From assembly GCA_963791065.1 (NCBI GenBank), contig CAWBQN010000001.1, forward strand, positions 3,756-67,755: 64,000 bases of DNA. The letters are read 5' to 3'. Position 1 is the stretch's first letter. Each line of letters starts with the position of its first letter. The DNA comes from an uncultured Bacteroidales bacterium. Its GTDB lineage: Bacteria > Bacteroidota > Bacteroidia > Bacteroidales > VadinHA17. The position numbers and the translations under genes are program-made. Under the pieces are notes generated by a model that was not told the DNA's origin, did no database searches, and saw nothing but the letters and a program-made list of their open reading frames with translations. Shown piece by piece: positions 10,386 to 20,879 of the stretch.

Positions 10386-10416
10386 ACAAAGGCAACCCTG
10401 ATTGGGTTGCCTTTGT
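10386..10416. terminator. rho-independent terminator hairpin (best on the minus strand)
   Basis: ACAAAGGCAACCC-TGATT-GGGTTGCCTTTGT. On the minus strand it is followed by TTTTTAAAAA. It lies between the convergent hemolysin gene and the last PUL1 gene. Confidence 0.65.
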
Positions 10417-10481
10417 TGTAAAGCTTATTAAAATTGGTTATTGCTTAGTGTGAGGTCCAGTCTCAGCAACATTCGTCAATA

Positions 10482-11153
10482 TTAGACACTATTCTGGTAT
10501 ACAATATAGTGACCAACCATTGTACCTGTTGTTGGATCAATCGTTCCTGATTCAATTGCCTGACATCCTCCTCTAAATGAGTAAGTGGCATGGAGTAGGT
10601 ATTCGCTGTAAAATCAAGCGTGAAAAGTCCCGAGCCAACCGAATCCCAATAATTATCAATTTCCAGTATATTAGCACTGGCCTTGGAAAGGTAACATGAT
10701 AGACCGTGAAGTCTTCAGCTGGTTCAAGGCCGAAAATCTCCTACGAAAGATTCCTATTGGTTCAAAGACGGTAAAACTCCAGGTCGGACCGAATGTTCTT
10801 ATACCGTTAGCATCTGTCATCGTCACATGCCAATAATAAGTCACTCCGGGCACAACGGGAACGTTAAGAGTGAGGGCGCTTAAGCCTGCTGAATAAAGGG
10901 GAGGTGTTGCAGAAGTCCCAAAATACACATCCGCAATAATAGGATCGCTGTCAGCGTTTGTTGATTCCCAGGTTAAATCGACAGTTGTTCCGGTAGTATG
11001 AATAGTAGCTTCATTCTCAGGAGCTACGACAACTGGTTCTGTGAAAGCATAGAAAGCTTTGAATGGTACCGGTGCTTCTTTCTTACAACTTTGCAGTGCA
11101 ATCATGCCTGTCAGAACAAACAATGTTGCTAAGAATATAATTTTTCTTTTCAT
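10482..11153 (-). pseudogene. PUL-associated surface lipoprotein, 3' third broken by frameshifts
   Basis: The ORF 10671..11153 has a lipobox (ALQSC) and an Ig/FN3-like sequence. After ..WSFTVFEP the track frame turns into junk. Manual translation continues in other frames (EPAEDFTVYHVTF, then SANILEIDNYWDSVGSGLFTLDFTANTYSMPLTHL, then GGCQAIESGTIDPTTGTMVGHYIVYQNSV*) to a stop at 10482-10484. Confidence 0.6.
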
Positions 11154-11181
11154 AATTTATTTTTTTAATTAGATCAAAAGG

Positions 11182-12033
11182 TTATTGTCTTACTAAGACC
11201 TCATGAATTTCTCTATTTCCGCCAGCACCTTCATAGTAATAGTTAACAGTAAAGGTTTTGGTAGCAGGATCATATGCATTTATCCAACCTGAACCAACCT
11301 TTAACGGCTGTGTTGAACTCTCTGCGCCAGAAATCGTAACCGTATTATCATCGTTTATAGTAAAAACAACCTTATAATCGCCCTGATCACCCAGATCACC
11401 TATAGTTGTCGAAACAGATTTGCAGTCTTCTGTTTTCAGCTCTTTAATCTCATCAATTACTCTTACACCAGCGGTTGGATGAACAAATGTTCCTGTTGAG
11501 TGATATGTCCCCTGATAAGGGTTAGATATTGGCAATACCATAAGCCGTGATCCCTGGCCGATAGGATCGGCTGGAATTACACCACCAGTTGCGTCAACAA
11601 TTGAAATAGGAGCCATGAACTGATCACATGCGTTCAACGTTTGAGCATTCCAGATAGTGACATAAGCATACGCGTTTCTTGTTCCGGCCTTAATCAAAAT
11701 GCTGGGAGTCCGAATGAAGATATTGGGGTACAACTTATAACTTGTTTTGTTTAGTCTGTTATATCCGGCTCTGGCTGAGTCATTTACTGCTAAAGTAAGT
11801 GTTATATCCTGGGTTGGAACCTTGTCAGTAGCAATATTGACCATGAACTTGAATGTAACAGAATCGGGAACCGGCAGCAGAGGAAAGGTAGCCTTTCCCC
11901 CATTCCATACCTCGGCATACATTTTTCCTTTAAGGGAATCGGTCCAATCTATCCCGACTTTATCTTTCAGGCAGGAATTAAAAAGAAGAGTCGCTGCGAG
12001 AAAGGATACTATTATTAAGATATTTTTTCTCAT
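11182..12033 (-). CDS. PUL surface lipoprotein (DUF1735-like N-terminal domain)
   Basis: 283 aa with a lipobox (LFNSC). It lies directly downstream of the SusD-like gene. The VTFKFMVNIA..ITLTLAVND..AGYNRLN..YKLYP pattern resembles DUF1735. Confidence 0.65.
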   Translation of the reverse strand: MRKNILIIVSFLAATLLFNSCLKDKVGIDWTDSLKGKMYAEVWNGGKATFPLLPVPDSVTFKFMVNIATDKVPTQDITLTLAVNDSARAGYNRLNKTSYKLYPNIFIRTPSILIKAGTRNAYAYVTIWNAQTLNACDQFMAPISIVDATGGVIPADPIGQGSRLMVLPISNPYQGTYHSTGTFVHPTAGVRVIDEIKELKTEDCKSVSTTIGDLGDQGDYKVVFTINDDNTVTISGAESSTQPLKVGSGWINAYDPATKTFTVNYYYEGAGGNREIHEVLVRQ

Positions 12034-12077
12034 ATTTTTTGATTTAAAATCGTTTGTAATTTATGGCACATTCAATG

Positions 12078-13610
12078 TTAACGTGACTGCCAGAAAATCT
12101 TTTTGGTAAACAAATCATCAGTAGTCGAAACATTCTGGAGAATCACATTATCGTTGTTTGTGCTAATCTCAGTCTGTGGATAAAGCAGTCTTACGGGAGG
12201 TGTTGCATTCTTCTTCAAATTATCCTCTGTAAAATGAATTCCTGTACCATCAGGGAAGCCCGCTCTTCTGTAGTCTGTCCAGACTGTCATTGGGCTAAGT
12301 CCGTCTAACGCACACCATTTCTGAGTAAGTATAATCCTCAGTTTATTTGAGGCAGCATCAAAATTAACCATAGGTAACGTAGTTTGTGCCAGATAAGCAA
12401 CAGCGTCAGCTTCTGTTAAGGGCGTATAAGTTGAAGCATCCAAAGCAGATTTTTGGCCTTCATACAGAATTGAGGCTGTCACGGCAGCTTCATATAATGC
12501 TTTTGGATCTCCTGTGATTAATCCTCTCTGGGCAGCTTCAGCCTGGATGAAAAGACTTTCGATATCAGTCAGAATAGGTGAATCCTGATTGTACGCCCTC
12601 AACATTCCCGGCCCAATTTGAGATGCAGTACCGGCCTGTGTTAGTGTATTAGCACCAAAATAACTTCCTAAGATAGTCGTACCGGAAGAAGCCCGAAAGA
12701 ACCTGAGTTTACGCGGGTCATTATTGTTGATCAGAAAATTACATGCATCCTGTCCCGCAGCATAATAATTAAGTCCATCAGCTTGTTGTGAGCCATCCTG
12801 CTTGTAAAAACGTTCCCAGAATGGGTTCATTTTACCAGCTGACTGTAAATATCCCGGGTTAAGCCATGCACCTTCACCTGCACCGATATATCCAACAGAA
12901 GCAGTTTGGGAAATTTCACCGGCAATATAAGAAGTTCTACCTGACATATCTGATTGATTTATCAGCATTCTGAGTTTTAGCGTATTGGCAAATTTTGCCC
13001 ATGCTGTCATATCACCATTGTAAATAATATCCTTAGCTCCAACTGCCTCAGCGGTAGCCGAAGTAGTGGCTATTAAGTTCATTGCTGTGTCGAGTTGAAC
13101 AACGAGGTCCTCATAGATTGCCTGTTGATCATCGTACTTGGGTTTCAGAATACCCTTATCAGCCTTCAGAGCCTCAGAATACGGAACATTACCATAAGCG
13201 TCTACAAGGTTCTGATAAACATAAGCTTTCATAATCTTGGCAATTGCCCTGAAGGATCTTTGTTTTGGATCGGTAGATGATTTTTCGATATAATCATAGT
13301 TCTGCAGGTTAGTATAAGCGCTGCTCCAGTTACCCTGGAAGTGTGTATTAAGCAGGTTATATTGTGTCATACTTGCATCCTGGGCGTAACCAGCACTTAT
13401 TGACCATAAGCCATACCATTCATAAACGAATGCATAATTGCCGGGAGTATTCATAAGTATAGAAGTATAATTGAGAGCTGCCGGCAAGATAAAACTTGCA
13501 GGGACAGCTGACGCATTGTTAGGGTTTACTTCGTCTACGCTAAGAAAATCTTTTTTGCAGGCGCTCCCTAAAACAAGCAGGGCAGTTAATAATATAAATA
13601 GTTTCTTCAT
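12078..13610 (-). CDS. SusD/RagB-family nutrient-binding lipoprotein
   Basis: 510 aa with a lipobox (LGSAC) and a TPR-like SusD sequence. It lies immediately downstream of the SusC-like gene. Confidence 0.9.
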   Translation of the reverse strand: MKKLFILLTALLVLGSACKKDFLSVDEVNPNNASAVPASFILPAALNYTSILMNTPGNYAFVYEWYGLWSISAGYAQDASMTQYNLLNTHFQGNWSSAYTNLQNYDYIEKSSTDPKQRSFRAIAKIMKAYVYQNLVDAYGNVPYSEALKADKGILKPKYDDQQAIYEDLVVQLDTAMNLIATTSATAEAVGAKDIIYNGDMTAWAKFANTLKLRMLINQSDMSGRTSYIAGEISQTASVGYIGAGEGAWLNPGYLQSAGKMNPFWERFYKQDGSQQADGLNYYAAGQDACNFLINNNDPRKLRFFRASSGTTILGSYFGANTLTQAGTASQIGPGMLRAYNQDSPILTDIESLFIQAEAAQRGLITGDPKALYEAAVTASILYEGQKSALDASTYTPLTEADAVAYLAQTTLPMVNFDAASNKLRIILTQKWCALDGLSPMTVWTDYRRAGFPDGTGIHFTEDNLKKNATPPVRLLYPQTEISTNNDNVILQNVSTTDDLFTKKIFWQSR

Positions 13611-13630
13611 ATTTTTTTTATTTTAGCTAC

Positions 13631-16600
13631 TTAGAAAGTAAGTTTAACACTAAACCCGTAAATCCTTGTAGGAGGAGTCTGATATTCATTAGTATATCCA
13701 ACAGCATTGCTGGTTCCACTCTGGTTATTGAATTCAGGATCGGTCCAAACATTTGATCTCGGACGCAACATAATAAGGTTTCTGCCTACGATACCTACCT
13801 GGGCTTCTTTTATAAAACCGCCCAAAATATTTTTGACAGGTACATTATAATTTAAGGAAATTTCTCTCAGCTTCCAGAAAGCAGCACTTGTCAGGAATGT
13901 ACTCTGGGTACTGTAAAGTGTACTTCCATACCACATCGTACGGGCAGCATTCTTTGTAATAACATTTGTGTTTGGACGATAAGTTGCTGGAGTTTTAACA
14001 CTTCCATCATCATTCAATACCGCTTGTGTGACCCTTATAACAGAATTTGGAATAACAAAATTCTGTCTGCCGTTCTGCGCTGAGAACCATGAAGTACCGG
14101 TGAAATCAAGGGCCTGACCAACAATATTATCAATTACGTTGCCACTTCTGTATTCCGCAACAATATTTAATACAAATCCTTTATAATTAAATGTATTTGT
14201 TAAGCCGAGATTATGATTGGGGTTACCGTGTCCCATGACTTTCGTAGCAGGGTCACTAAGTGGGAAACCTGTCTGTGCATCAACAACTATGTGACCTTGA
14301 GGATCTCTAAGAAAATCAGTAACTTTTATTGCTGGGAACTGCTGACCGACTATTGCATAAGAAACACTTGCAGTATTATTTACATCGGTAATTGCTAATT
14401 CATTCAGTCCGGGAAGGATTGAAATTACCTTGCTTGTGTTGTATGAATAGCTGACCACCATATTCCAGTTAAATTCTCCAATATCAACCAGTGGGTTCAG
14501 TTTAAGGTCAACTTCAGCTCCTTCAGTCTGCAGCTCTCCTGCATTTATATAAGCACTTGCGTAACCGGTCGCATAAGATATTGTTGCAGGAATTGTCTGA
14601 TCTTTCGTGTTTGACTTATAAAGATTGACATCGAGACCAATTCTGCTTTTAAAGAAACCAAGTTCAACACCGGCTTCAATTTCCTGTGTAAGTTCAGGCT
14701 TAAGTAATGGGTTACTCAATGTCGTGCTCAATCTGTACCCGCCGTTGGATCCATATGGAAATCCTGCTCCGGTAGCAAATGAAGGAAGAGTTGCATACCA
14801 GTTTGTCAGAGAGATCTGACCGGTTTTTGACCAGCTGCCTCTAACTTTCGCAAAATTCAGAACTGAATTGTCCTTAAGAACGGGAATTGCGTCAGTCAGT
14901 ACAACGCTTAAATCTATTGCCGGATAAAAGAATGAACGATTAGTTTTTATTAATCTTGAATCCCAGTCATTTCTTCCAGCAGCATGAAGGAATACAAAGT
15001 CCTTATATCCCAGGGTAAAATCACCAAAAAGACCGATTGAATTACGATTTTGTTGGTTTTCATTAGCACCATTACCATCGGCTCCAATTTCACCCAGACG
15101 ATTACTAACATTATATAAGAATGGTATTACTATGGAGTTATTGCCAACATATAGATACCTGTATTTATTCATATACATTGCGTTTCCAAGAATCAGCTTA
15201 CCAGAAAAATCACCAACTTTATGATTCAGCTGGACAAGGAAGTCGCCCGTAAGCACTGTCTGATTGGAAATATTATCATATGATATTCCGGCAAAGGGTG
15301 ATCCTGTTGCATTATGTGATGCCCCCCACGGGTCAGATTTCATATAATCATTATATATTATCCCATCTCTGAAGAAGGTAGCGTTTGTACCGGAATAGAC
15401 CAAACCGGCACGGTATGAAACCGCGATCCAGGGTGCAGGATTTAAGGAAATAAGCGCAGAACCCAGCATGTTATCTACCCTCGTATCATATCTCGAATAA
15501 ATTGTCTGCCAGTAAGGATTAGGATAATAAGCGTTGAAATATCCATTATGATTTGCAAACTTATTATTATTAACGTCTTTATAATTTGTAAGATCAACCT
15601 GGGCTGGAGTATTTAACACGTTCCAGTAAACAGGTCTCCCCTGGAAAGGTTCCGTACCTGATGTACTTGTGTTGGTTTGTGTATAACCAATTGTGTAATC
15701 AGCATGGAATATTCCCGTAGTTCTCGAACCGGCAACCCGGATCCCTGTTCTTCTGTTCTTATCACCCGGAATAGTACCTGTTGAGTTCACATCCTGAGCA
15801 GAAAGATAGAAACTGTTTTTGTCATCACCCACAGAATATGAAATGTCATTCTGGGTGGTGATACCTGTATTAAAAAACTTTTCTTTTCCGTTCTTAACGT
15901 TGCTGTACTTTACAGTCTGGTATGAACCATCAACCAGAACACCTCCAAGTATTACCTCTTGGCCATTAAATTCAGGCCCAAATTGCTGGTTTTCATAAGC
16001 TGTATAGGGATCAGTGTTACGATCGGGGCCAAGCCAGAAGGTATAGTTCGGATTATAGTTGGCGGTATCTTCACTTGAACCTGATCCAAACCTGGTCTGA
16101 AGTTTTGGCAGATAAGATACCTGTTCAAATGTCGTGGTATTGCTTATTTTAATAACAGGCACATTTCCGGAACCTCTTCGCGTAGTTACTACCAAAACAC
16201 CGTTTGAAGCATCATTTCCATAAAGAGAAGAGGCGCTTGCACCTTTCAGTATGTCAACGTTTGCGATGTCATTAGGGTTTATTGAGTTCAGATAACTTGC
16301 ACTTACCGGAATTCCATCGAGTACAACCAGAGCCTGGTTACTCGCCAGGAAGTGACGGTTTCCTCTAAGAGTGATCCTTGTATCGGGGTTAACTCCGTTG
16401 TTAACAGTGTTGATCTGCAGACCTGATACTTTTCCAGTCAAACCGTTCACCACGTTACTAACACCACCTTGTGTAAGCTGTTTATCAGATACTTGAGCAG
16501 TAGCAACACCTAGTTCTTTAGCCTGCCTCTTGATACCAAAGGCCGTTACAACAACTTCATTCAAACCCAGAAGATCGGGTTCCATTATAACATCAATTAC

Positions 16601-16873
16601 TTTACGTCCCCCGATTTCAATTTCCTGTTTTTTCATCCCGATATAGGAGAAAACCAGGGTGGTAGCATTCTGTGGTACTGTAAGTGAATATTTTCCATTC
16701 ACATCTGTAAGGGCACCAACAGTAGTACCTTTAACAGTAATAGTTACACCAGGAATTGCACCTTCCCCTTGAACTGAAGAGGTAACCGTACCTGTAATGA
16801 CTATTGTCTGTGCAAATAAAGTGTAACCACTTATAAACACAGACAAAACAATCAGCAGAAATAGTTTCTTCAT
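13631..16873 (-). CDS. SusC/RagA-family TonB-dependent outer-membrane transporter
   Basis: 1080 aa with a signal peptide. It has a CarboxypepD_reg-like N terminus (TGTVTSS..GEGAIPGVTITVKGT), a plug (VVVTAFGIKRQ, DILKGASASSLYG) and a C-terminal ..YGFSVKLTF. Confidence 0.95.
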   Translation of the reverse strand: MKKLFLLIVLSVFISGYTLFAQTIVITGTVTSSVQGEGAIPGVTITVKGTTVGALTDVNGKYSLTVPQNATTLVFSYIGMKKQEIEIGGRKVIDVIMEPDLLGLNEVVVTAFGIKRQAKELGVATAQVSDKQLTQGGVSNVVNGLTGKVSGLQINTVNNGVNPDTRITLRGNRHFLASNQALVVLDGIPVSASYLNSINPNDIANVDILKGASASSLYGNDASNGVLVVTTRRGSGNVPVIKISNTTTFEQVSYLPKLQTRFGSGSSEDTANYNPNYTFWLGPDRNTDPYTAYENQQFGPEFNGQEVILGGVLVDGSYQTVKYSNVKNGKEKFFNTGITTQNDISYSVGDDKNSFYLSAQDVNSTGTIPGDKNRRTGIRVAGSRTTGIFHADYTIGYTQTNTSTSGTEPFQGRPVYWNVLNTPAQVDLTNYKDVNNNKFANHNGYFNAYYPNPYWQTIYSRYDTRVDNMLGSALISLNPAPWIAVSYRAGLVYSGTNATFFRDGIIYNDYMKSDPWGASHNATGSPFAGISYDNISNQTVLTGDFLVQLNHKVGDFSGKLILGNAMYMNKYRYLYVGNNSIVIPFLYNVSNRLGEIGADGNGANENQQNRNSIGLFGDFTLGYKDFVFLHAAGRNDWDSRLIKTNRSFFYPAIDLSVVLTDAIPVLKDNSVLNFAKVRGSWSKTGQISLTNWYATLPSFATGAGFPYGSNGGYRLSTTLSNPLLKPELTQEIEAGVELGFFKSRIGLDVNLYKSNTKDQTIPATISYATGYASAYINAGELQTEGAEVDLKLNPLVDIGEFNWNMVVSYSYNTSKVISILPGLNELAITDVNNTASVSYAIVGQQFPAIKVTDFLRDPQGHIVVDAQTGFPLSDPATKVMGHGNPNHNLGLTNTFNYKGFVLNIVAEYRSGNVIDNIVGQALDFTGTSWFSAQNGRQNFVIPNSVIRVTQAVLNDDGSVKTPATYRPNTNVITKNAARTMWYGSTLYSTQSTFLTSAAFWKLREISLNYNVPVKNILGGFIKEAQVGIVGRNLIMLRPRSNVWTDPEFNNQSGTSNAVGYTNEYQTPPTRIYGFSVKLTF

Positions 16874-16905
16874 ACGATAGTAGTTTTAGGTTTTAATTTA
16901 ACAGC

Positions 16906-16913
16906 CAAATATA
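16906..16913 (-). promoter_or_regulatory. candidate TAnnTTTG -7 box for the intact susC-like gene
   Basis: The minus strand reads TATATTTG about 32 nt upstream of the ATG at 16873. The same box and spacing occur upstream of the decayed paralog (24122-24129). Confidence 0.45.
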
Positions 16914-17257
16914 TGTGAACTTTATTAATTCTCCAAAATAAACAATTTTATTTTAGAATATTTTAAGGATGTATTCTCCGATTGTGCATATCTGCTATTT
17001 ATGCGGGTTAGAAATCATTTTTATATTTTATCATTTCCTGATCGATCATTCCAATCGGCATTTCTTATAAATGATGAAAAAACCAACACGCCAGTTGCGT
17101 GTCTCTAAACTGGTTCCTAAATATTTAACCAGATCTCTTTAGGGATGTACTTTTGTTAAGGTGTTTTAGAGCATCAGAAGATTGTTCACCTGCTGTTCCT
17201 GTTCATCTGCCACGCATGCCAGTTAACAAATTGCATGTTCAGACGAATAATTAACAC

Positions 17258-17290
17258 AAAAAGAGGCTGCTCAAATGAGTCAGCCTCTTT
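17258..17290. terminator. orphan terminator-like hairpin
   Basis: AAAAAGAGGCTGCTC-AAAT-GAGTCAGCCTCTTTT has T-runs on both strands (TTTTTGTGTT on the minus strand). No annotated gene ends next to it. Confidence 0.4.
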
Positions 17291-17367
17291 TAATAAAAAT
17301 TATATTTTATCATTCTAACTTTCATTATGTTTCCTTTAAAGATACCTTTGACTTCAAAAGTTAAACT

Positions 17368-18060
17368 ATGAATACTTTCCCTTTATTCTTAGGTCTGCTT
17401 GCTATTCAAATCTGCACATTTGGTCAGACACCGCAAACAATCAAATTGAATAATAATAAATTATCCTTAGAGGATGTCAAGCCTGAACTTCAGTTTATTT
17501 TCCCTGATTTCCAGAAGGGCAGTGTTATTTTAAAGAACCATACTGAGATTAAGTGTCAGCTCAATTATAATTTTCTATTGGATGAGGTAATGTTTATTGA
17601 CGAAAACGGAAAGAAAATGGCACTTGCAAATCCTCAGGATGTGTTACTGGTTTATATTGCTGACCGGATGTTTATACCGACTACAAAGGGATATTACGAA
17701 ATAATTGTGCGGGGAGGAGTCAGCCTGGTTTATAAATGGAATTGCAGAATTACTGATAAAGGGAAACAGGGTGCACTTGGAATAACAACGGATGCACCAT
17801 CAGTTGTTCAAATGAATCGGATATCTTTCGATGCAAGGGAATGGAAACTGGATGTCGATAAAGAGGCTATTATTGCCGTTGAAGTGATACCTTACCTTAA
17901 AATAAAATCAAAATTAATCCCGCTAAAAAGCGCGAAAGATTTTTTGAAAGCAATTCCGGGAAAGAAATCTGAAATAAAGAAATATATAGATCAAAATCCG
18001 GTTGATTTCAAGAAAGAAGCAGATCTTAAAAGATTGACGCTCTATTGCAATTCATTATAA
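17368..18060 (+). CDS. secreted hypothetical protein
   Basis: 230 aa with a signal peptide (..ICTFGQ). I recognised no domain. Confidence 0.55.
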   Translation: MNTFPLFLGLLAIQICTFGQTPQTIKLNNNKLSLEDVKPELQFIFPDFQKGSVILKNHTEIKCQLNYNFLLDEVMFIDENGKKMALANPQDVLLVYIADRMFIPTTKGYYEIIVRGGVSLVYKWNCRITDKGKQGALGITTDAPSVVQMNRISFDAREWKLDVDKEAIIAVEVIPYLKIKSKLIPLKSAKDFLKAIPGKKSEIKKYIDQNPVDFKKEADLKRLTLYCNSL

Positions 18061-18120
18061 GTACCATCAGGTACAGGGATTCCAGGTAAAATTATAATTA
18101 TACTCTTAATCTTTAAAAAA

Positions 18121-18152
18121 ATATGGCCGCCCCGAAAAGAGGACGGCCATAT
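18121..18152. terminator. bidirectional terminator hairpin
   Basis: ATATGGCCG-(loop)-CGGCCATAT is flanked by A7 upstream and ATAAATTT downstream. It lies between convergent genes. Confidence 0.55.
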
Positions 18153-18174
18153 AAATTTGTATGTCTTGGTACTA

Positions 18175-19062
18175 TCAGTTTTTAGTAATAGTATAAGCAA
18201 AATCTCCAAAACTACCCTCAGTAACGGTTATAGTAAATGTCATATCGAAGGTAGCAGTACAAGTATTATAGATACCTTTCCCTTCATATGCTATATTGTG
18301 ATAAGGAGGTCCCCAACCTGTGACAGATGCAAGAACTGTTTTGTCAGCAGTGACTTCATCAGTTAGTGGATCCAGATGCATTACAAGCGGGCCTTTGTCT
18401 TCAACAGATCCGTCAATTGTTTCCAGACCAACAACATACAGTTTGTTAGGATCAACAGGATCCGCAGTTATTGTAATATTGCCATCAACCCCAAAGTCAG
18501 CACACACAGCATGAAAACTGCCGACTGTTAAAGCAGGATCCAATGGGCAAGCTACAGTATATTTTACACTTAAGCTGGAACCAGGGAGGTTAACAATAGA
18601 GGAATTACTTGATGCATATAAAGTATCGTTTCCTTTTACAATTGTACCATCCGGCAGTGTCATATCGACATAGAACTTAAAATAATCTCCAAGCTGCAAC
18701 TGTTTTATACTATCCAGTCCGGGAAGTAAATCTACCAGTGCAGGGAGGTTAAAATCCACAGTTGTTGGAAACGTGGTGATATCTGATTTGACCAAACCGC
18801 TGTATACCTGGCTGTTGTTCATAGAAACCATCAGATCCATGCTTTTCGGCTTATCTTTATAATAAACATCAACAATGACACTTCCGTTAAAGCCGGCTAA
18901 ATTAAGAAAAGAAATATTTTGATCTTTGGTTTTATCTTTAGTAACTAACGGAATAACTGCAAGTTGAAGGTTTGGCATAGGCAATTTGGGATCCTTTTGA
19001 CAAGTTGTAAAGAACAAAACCCCTACTATACCCAATGTTAAAATTTTGAGTTTGTTTTTCAT
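18175..19062 (-). CDS. PUL-associated surface lipoprotein (hypothetical)
   Basis: 295 aa with a lipobox (FFTTC). It lies directly downstream of the decayed SusD-like gene. Confidence 0.6.
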   Translation of the reverse strand: MKNKLKILTLGIVGVLFFTTCQKDPKLPMPNLQLAVIPLVTKDKTKDQNISFLNLAGFNGSVIVDVYYKDKPKSMDLMVSMNNSQVYSGLVKSDITTFPTTVDFNLPALVDLLPGLDSIKQLQLGDYFKFYVDMTLPDGTIVKGNDTLYASSNSSIVNLPGSSLSVKYTVACPLDPALTVGSFHAVCADFGVDGNITITADPVDPNKLYVVGLETIDGSVEDKGPLVMHLDPLTDEVTADKTVLASVTGWGPPYHNIAYEGKGIYNTCTATFDMTFTITVTEGSFGDFAYTITKN

Positions 19063-19123
19063 TTTAAATAAATTTTAAGTTACGAATCATAAATAATTAT
19101 TGTAATACTTGTAACTCGAAAAA

Positions 19124-20841
19124 TTAATGTATATCATAAAACACCTTAAATGTTCCCGGATCTTTCTGAGCCGGCGCATTTGGATTGATACTCAAATCCG
19201 AAGTAGGCCATACTACGGTCCAGGGAACCGGATTTGTAAGTGTCACAGGAATTACAAATCCATCTGGAGAAATAACCTCTCCACCTGGAGCCTGAGTCTG
19301 ATCTAATGGATTAAATACAATAGGATACCCTGTTCTGCGATGATCTGTCCAGGTATCAACATTGCATCCAAATTGTGAAATCCACTTTTCAGTCATAATT
19401 AATTCAAGCTGCCTGTCTGTAGACCCAGCAGTATATAATGCCATTACGTCGGTAATGTATTGTTGAACAAGCCATCCGGTAGTTGCTGCAGCCGGTGGAA
19501 CCGGAGCAGTGGCTGTTGGGTCCCACATCGAAGCTGGAGTAGCCTGTGTAATCTGTGCTGTCGACGGAGCAACTTTCGAAACAACATGATCTACTTGCTT
19601 AAAAGAGGCTTCCAGTGCCTGTTGAAAATAAGCAGGAGCAACATCAGGTATAAGACCGACATTTGCCAACTCAGCCTGAATGTATAATCTGTCAGCATAG
19701 GTTATGAAGCGATATGGAGCGCTGACCGGTTCCGTGAGGTCCGGTAACTTTAACATGGCCACCATCGTCGTAACGGCCCCCAACAGGATAAACACCAAAA
19801 ACTGACATGGAACCATCAGTGGCATGATCGCGGTTTTTACTTATCGAACCAAAGAAGATACTTACAAATCCGCCATCGCGGTATTCGGTAGGATTACCTT
19901 CACGTGTAGACTGAGTGGCAGACAACTGATTGTAATAATAATATGGGATACGGGGATCTTTTATGCCGGTAAATATTTCGGGGTTTTGTCCTTTTAAAAT
20001 CCGGAACATCCATGGGCTCATATAATAGGATCTCTGTCCTGCTTCATAGTCGAGGTAGCCAGGATTTCTTTCATCAGGACTTGATTTGAATCCATATTGA
20101 AATTCAAAATCTTCTCCGCTTTGAATCAGATCGCCCTCTGCAACCAGTGCAGCTACTTCAGCAGACACATCCTGAACCAGACGTACCTGGTTATAAAGCT
20201 TTAATTTAATTGTATTGGCTGCACGGATCCATTTTGCCTTATTGCCGGCATAGATTATATCCTCACCTGCCGGAACAACCTTGTTTAGTGCCGTGGTATT
20301 GTTCAGATCAGCCAAACCATCGTCAAACATCGCAAAAATTTGAGGATAGATGTCTGCGCTTTTATCCCATTTTGGATAAGCAACCTTAGATGAAGATGAT
20401 AATTTATTTGCCTCAGAAAATGGAATATCACCCCAGATGTCAACCATCTGACTAAATGTATATGCTTTTAATATTTTAGCTATACCTGAGTAGGTAACAT
20501 TCTCATCGGCTTCGGCCTGACTGATCATAAGTTCAAGGTCCTGTAAAGGTCCAGTATAAAGGAAAGTCCCAGGGACTAGCTGTATAGTATGAACTCCCGG
20601 TTATACCATATTGGTCAGGGTTTTCACGCGTAGTCACCTGGTGCATATAAACAGCTGTGATATTTGTTAAACCGCCATTTACACTTAATCCGTCTGCTAT
20701 ACTTTTTTCAACATGAGTCAGTAACAAACCCAGTGTAGCTTTTGATGGATTATTTGGATCTGTGTTTATATCCAGAAAATTTTTTGTACATCCTGCTAAC
20801 AGTACTATTAGTGCTAACAGTAATTTTTTATATTTTTCCAT
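19124..20841 (-). pseudogene. SusD/RagB-family gene split by at least 2 frameshifts
   Basis: Three consecutive, overlapping ORFs (20533..20841 with lipobox LLAGC, 19692..20528, 19124..19825) together reconstruct one SusD-like protein. Confidence 0.8.
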
Positions 20842-20879
20842 ATTTATCTTATTTATATTATTAGACTTTTAGATAGAGA

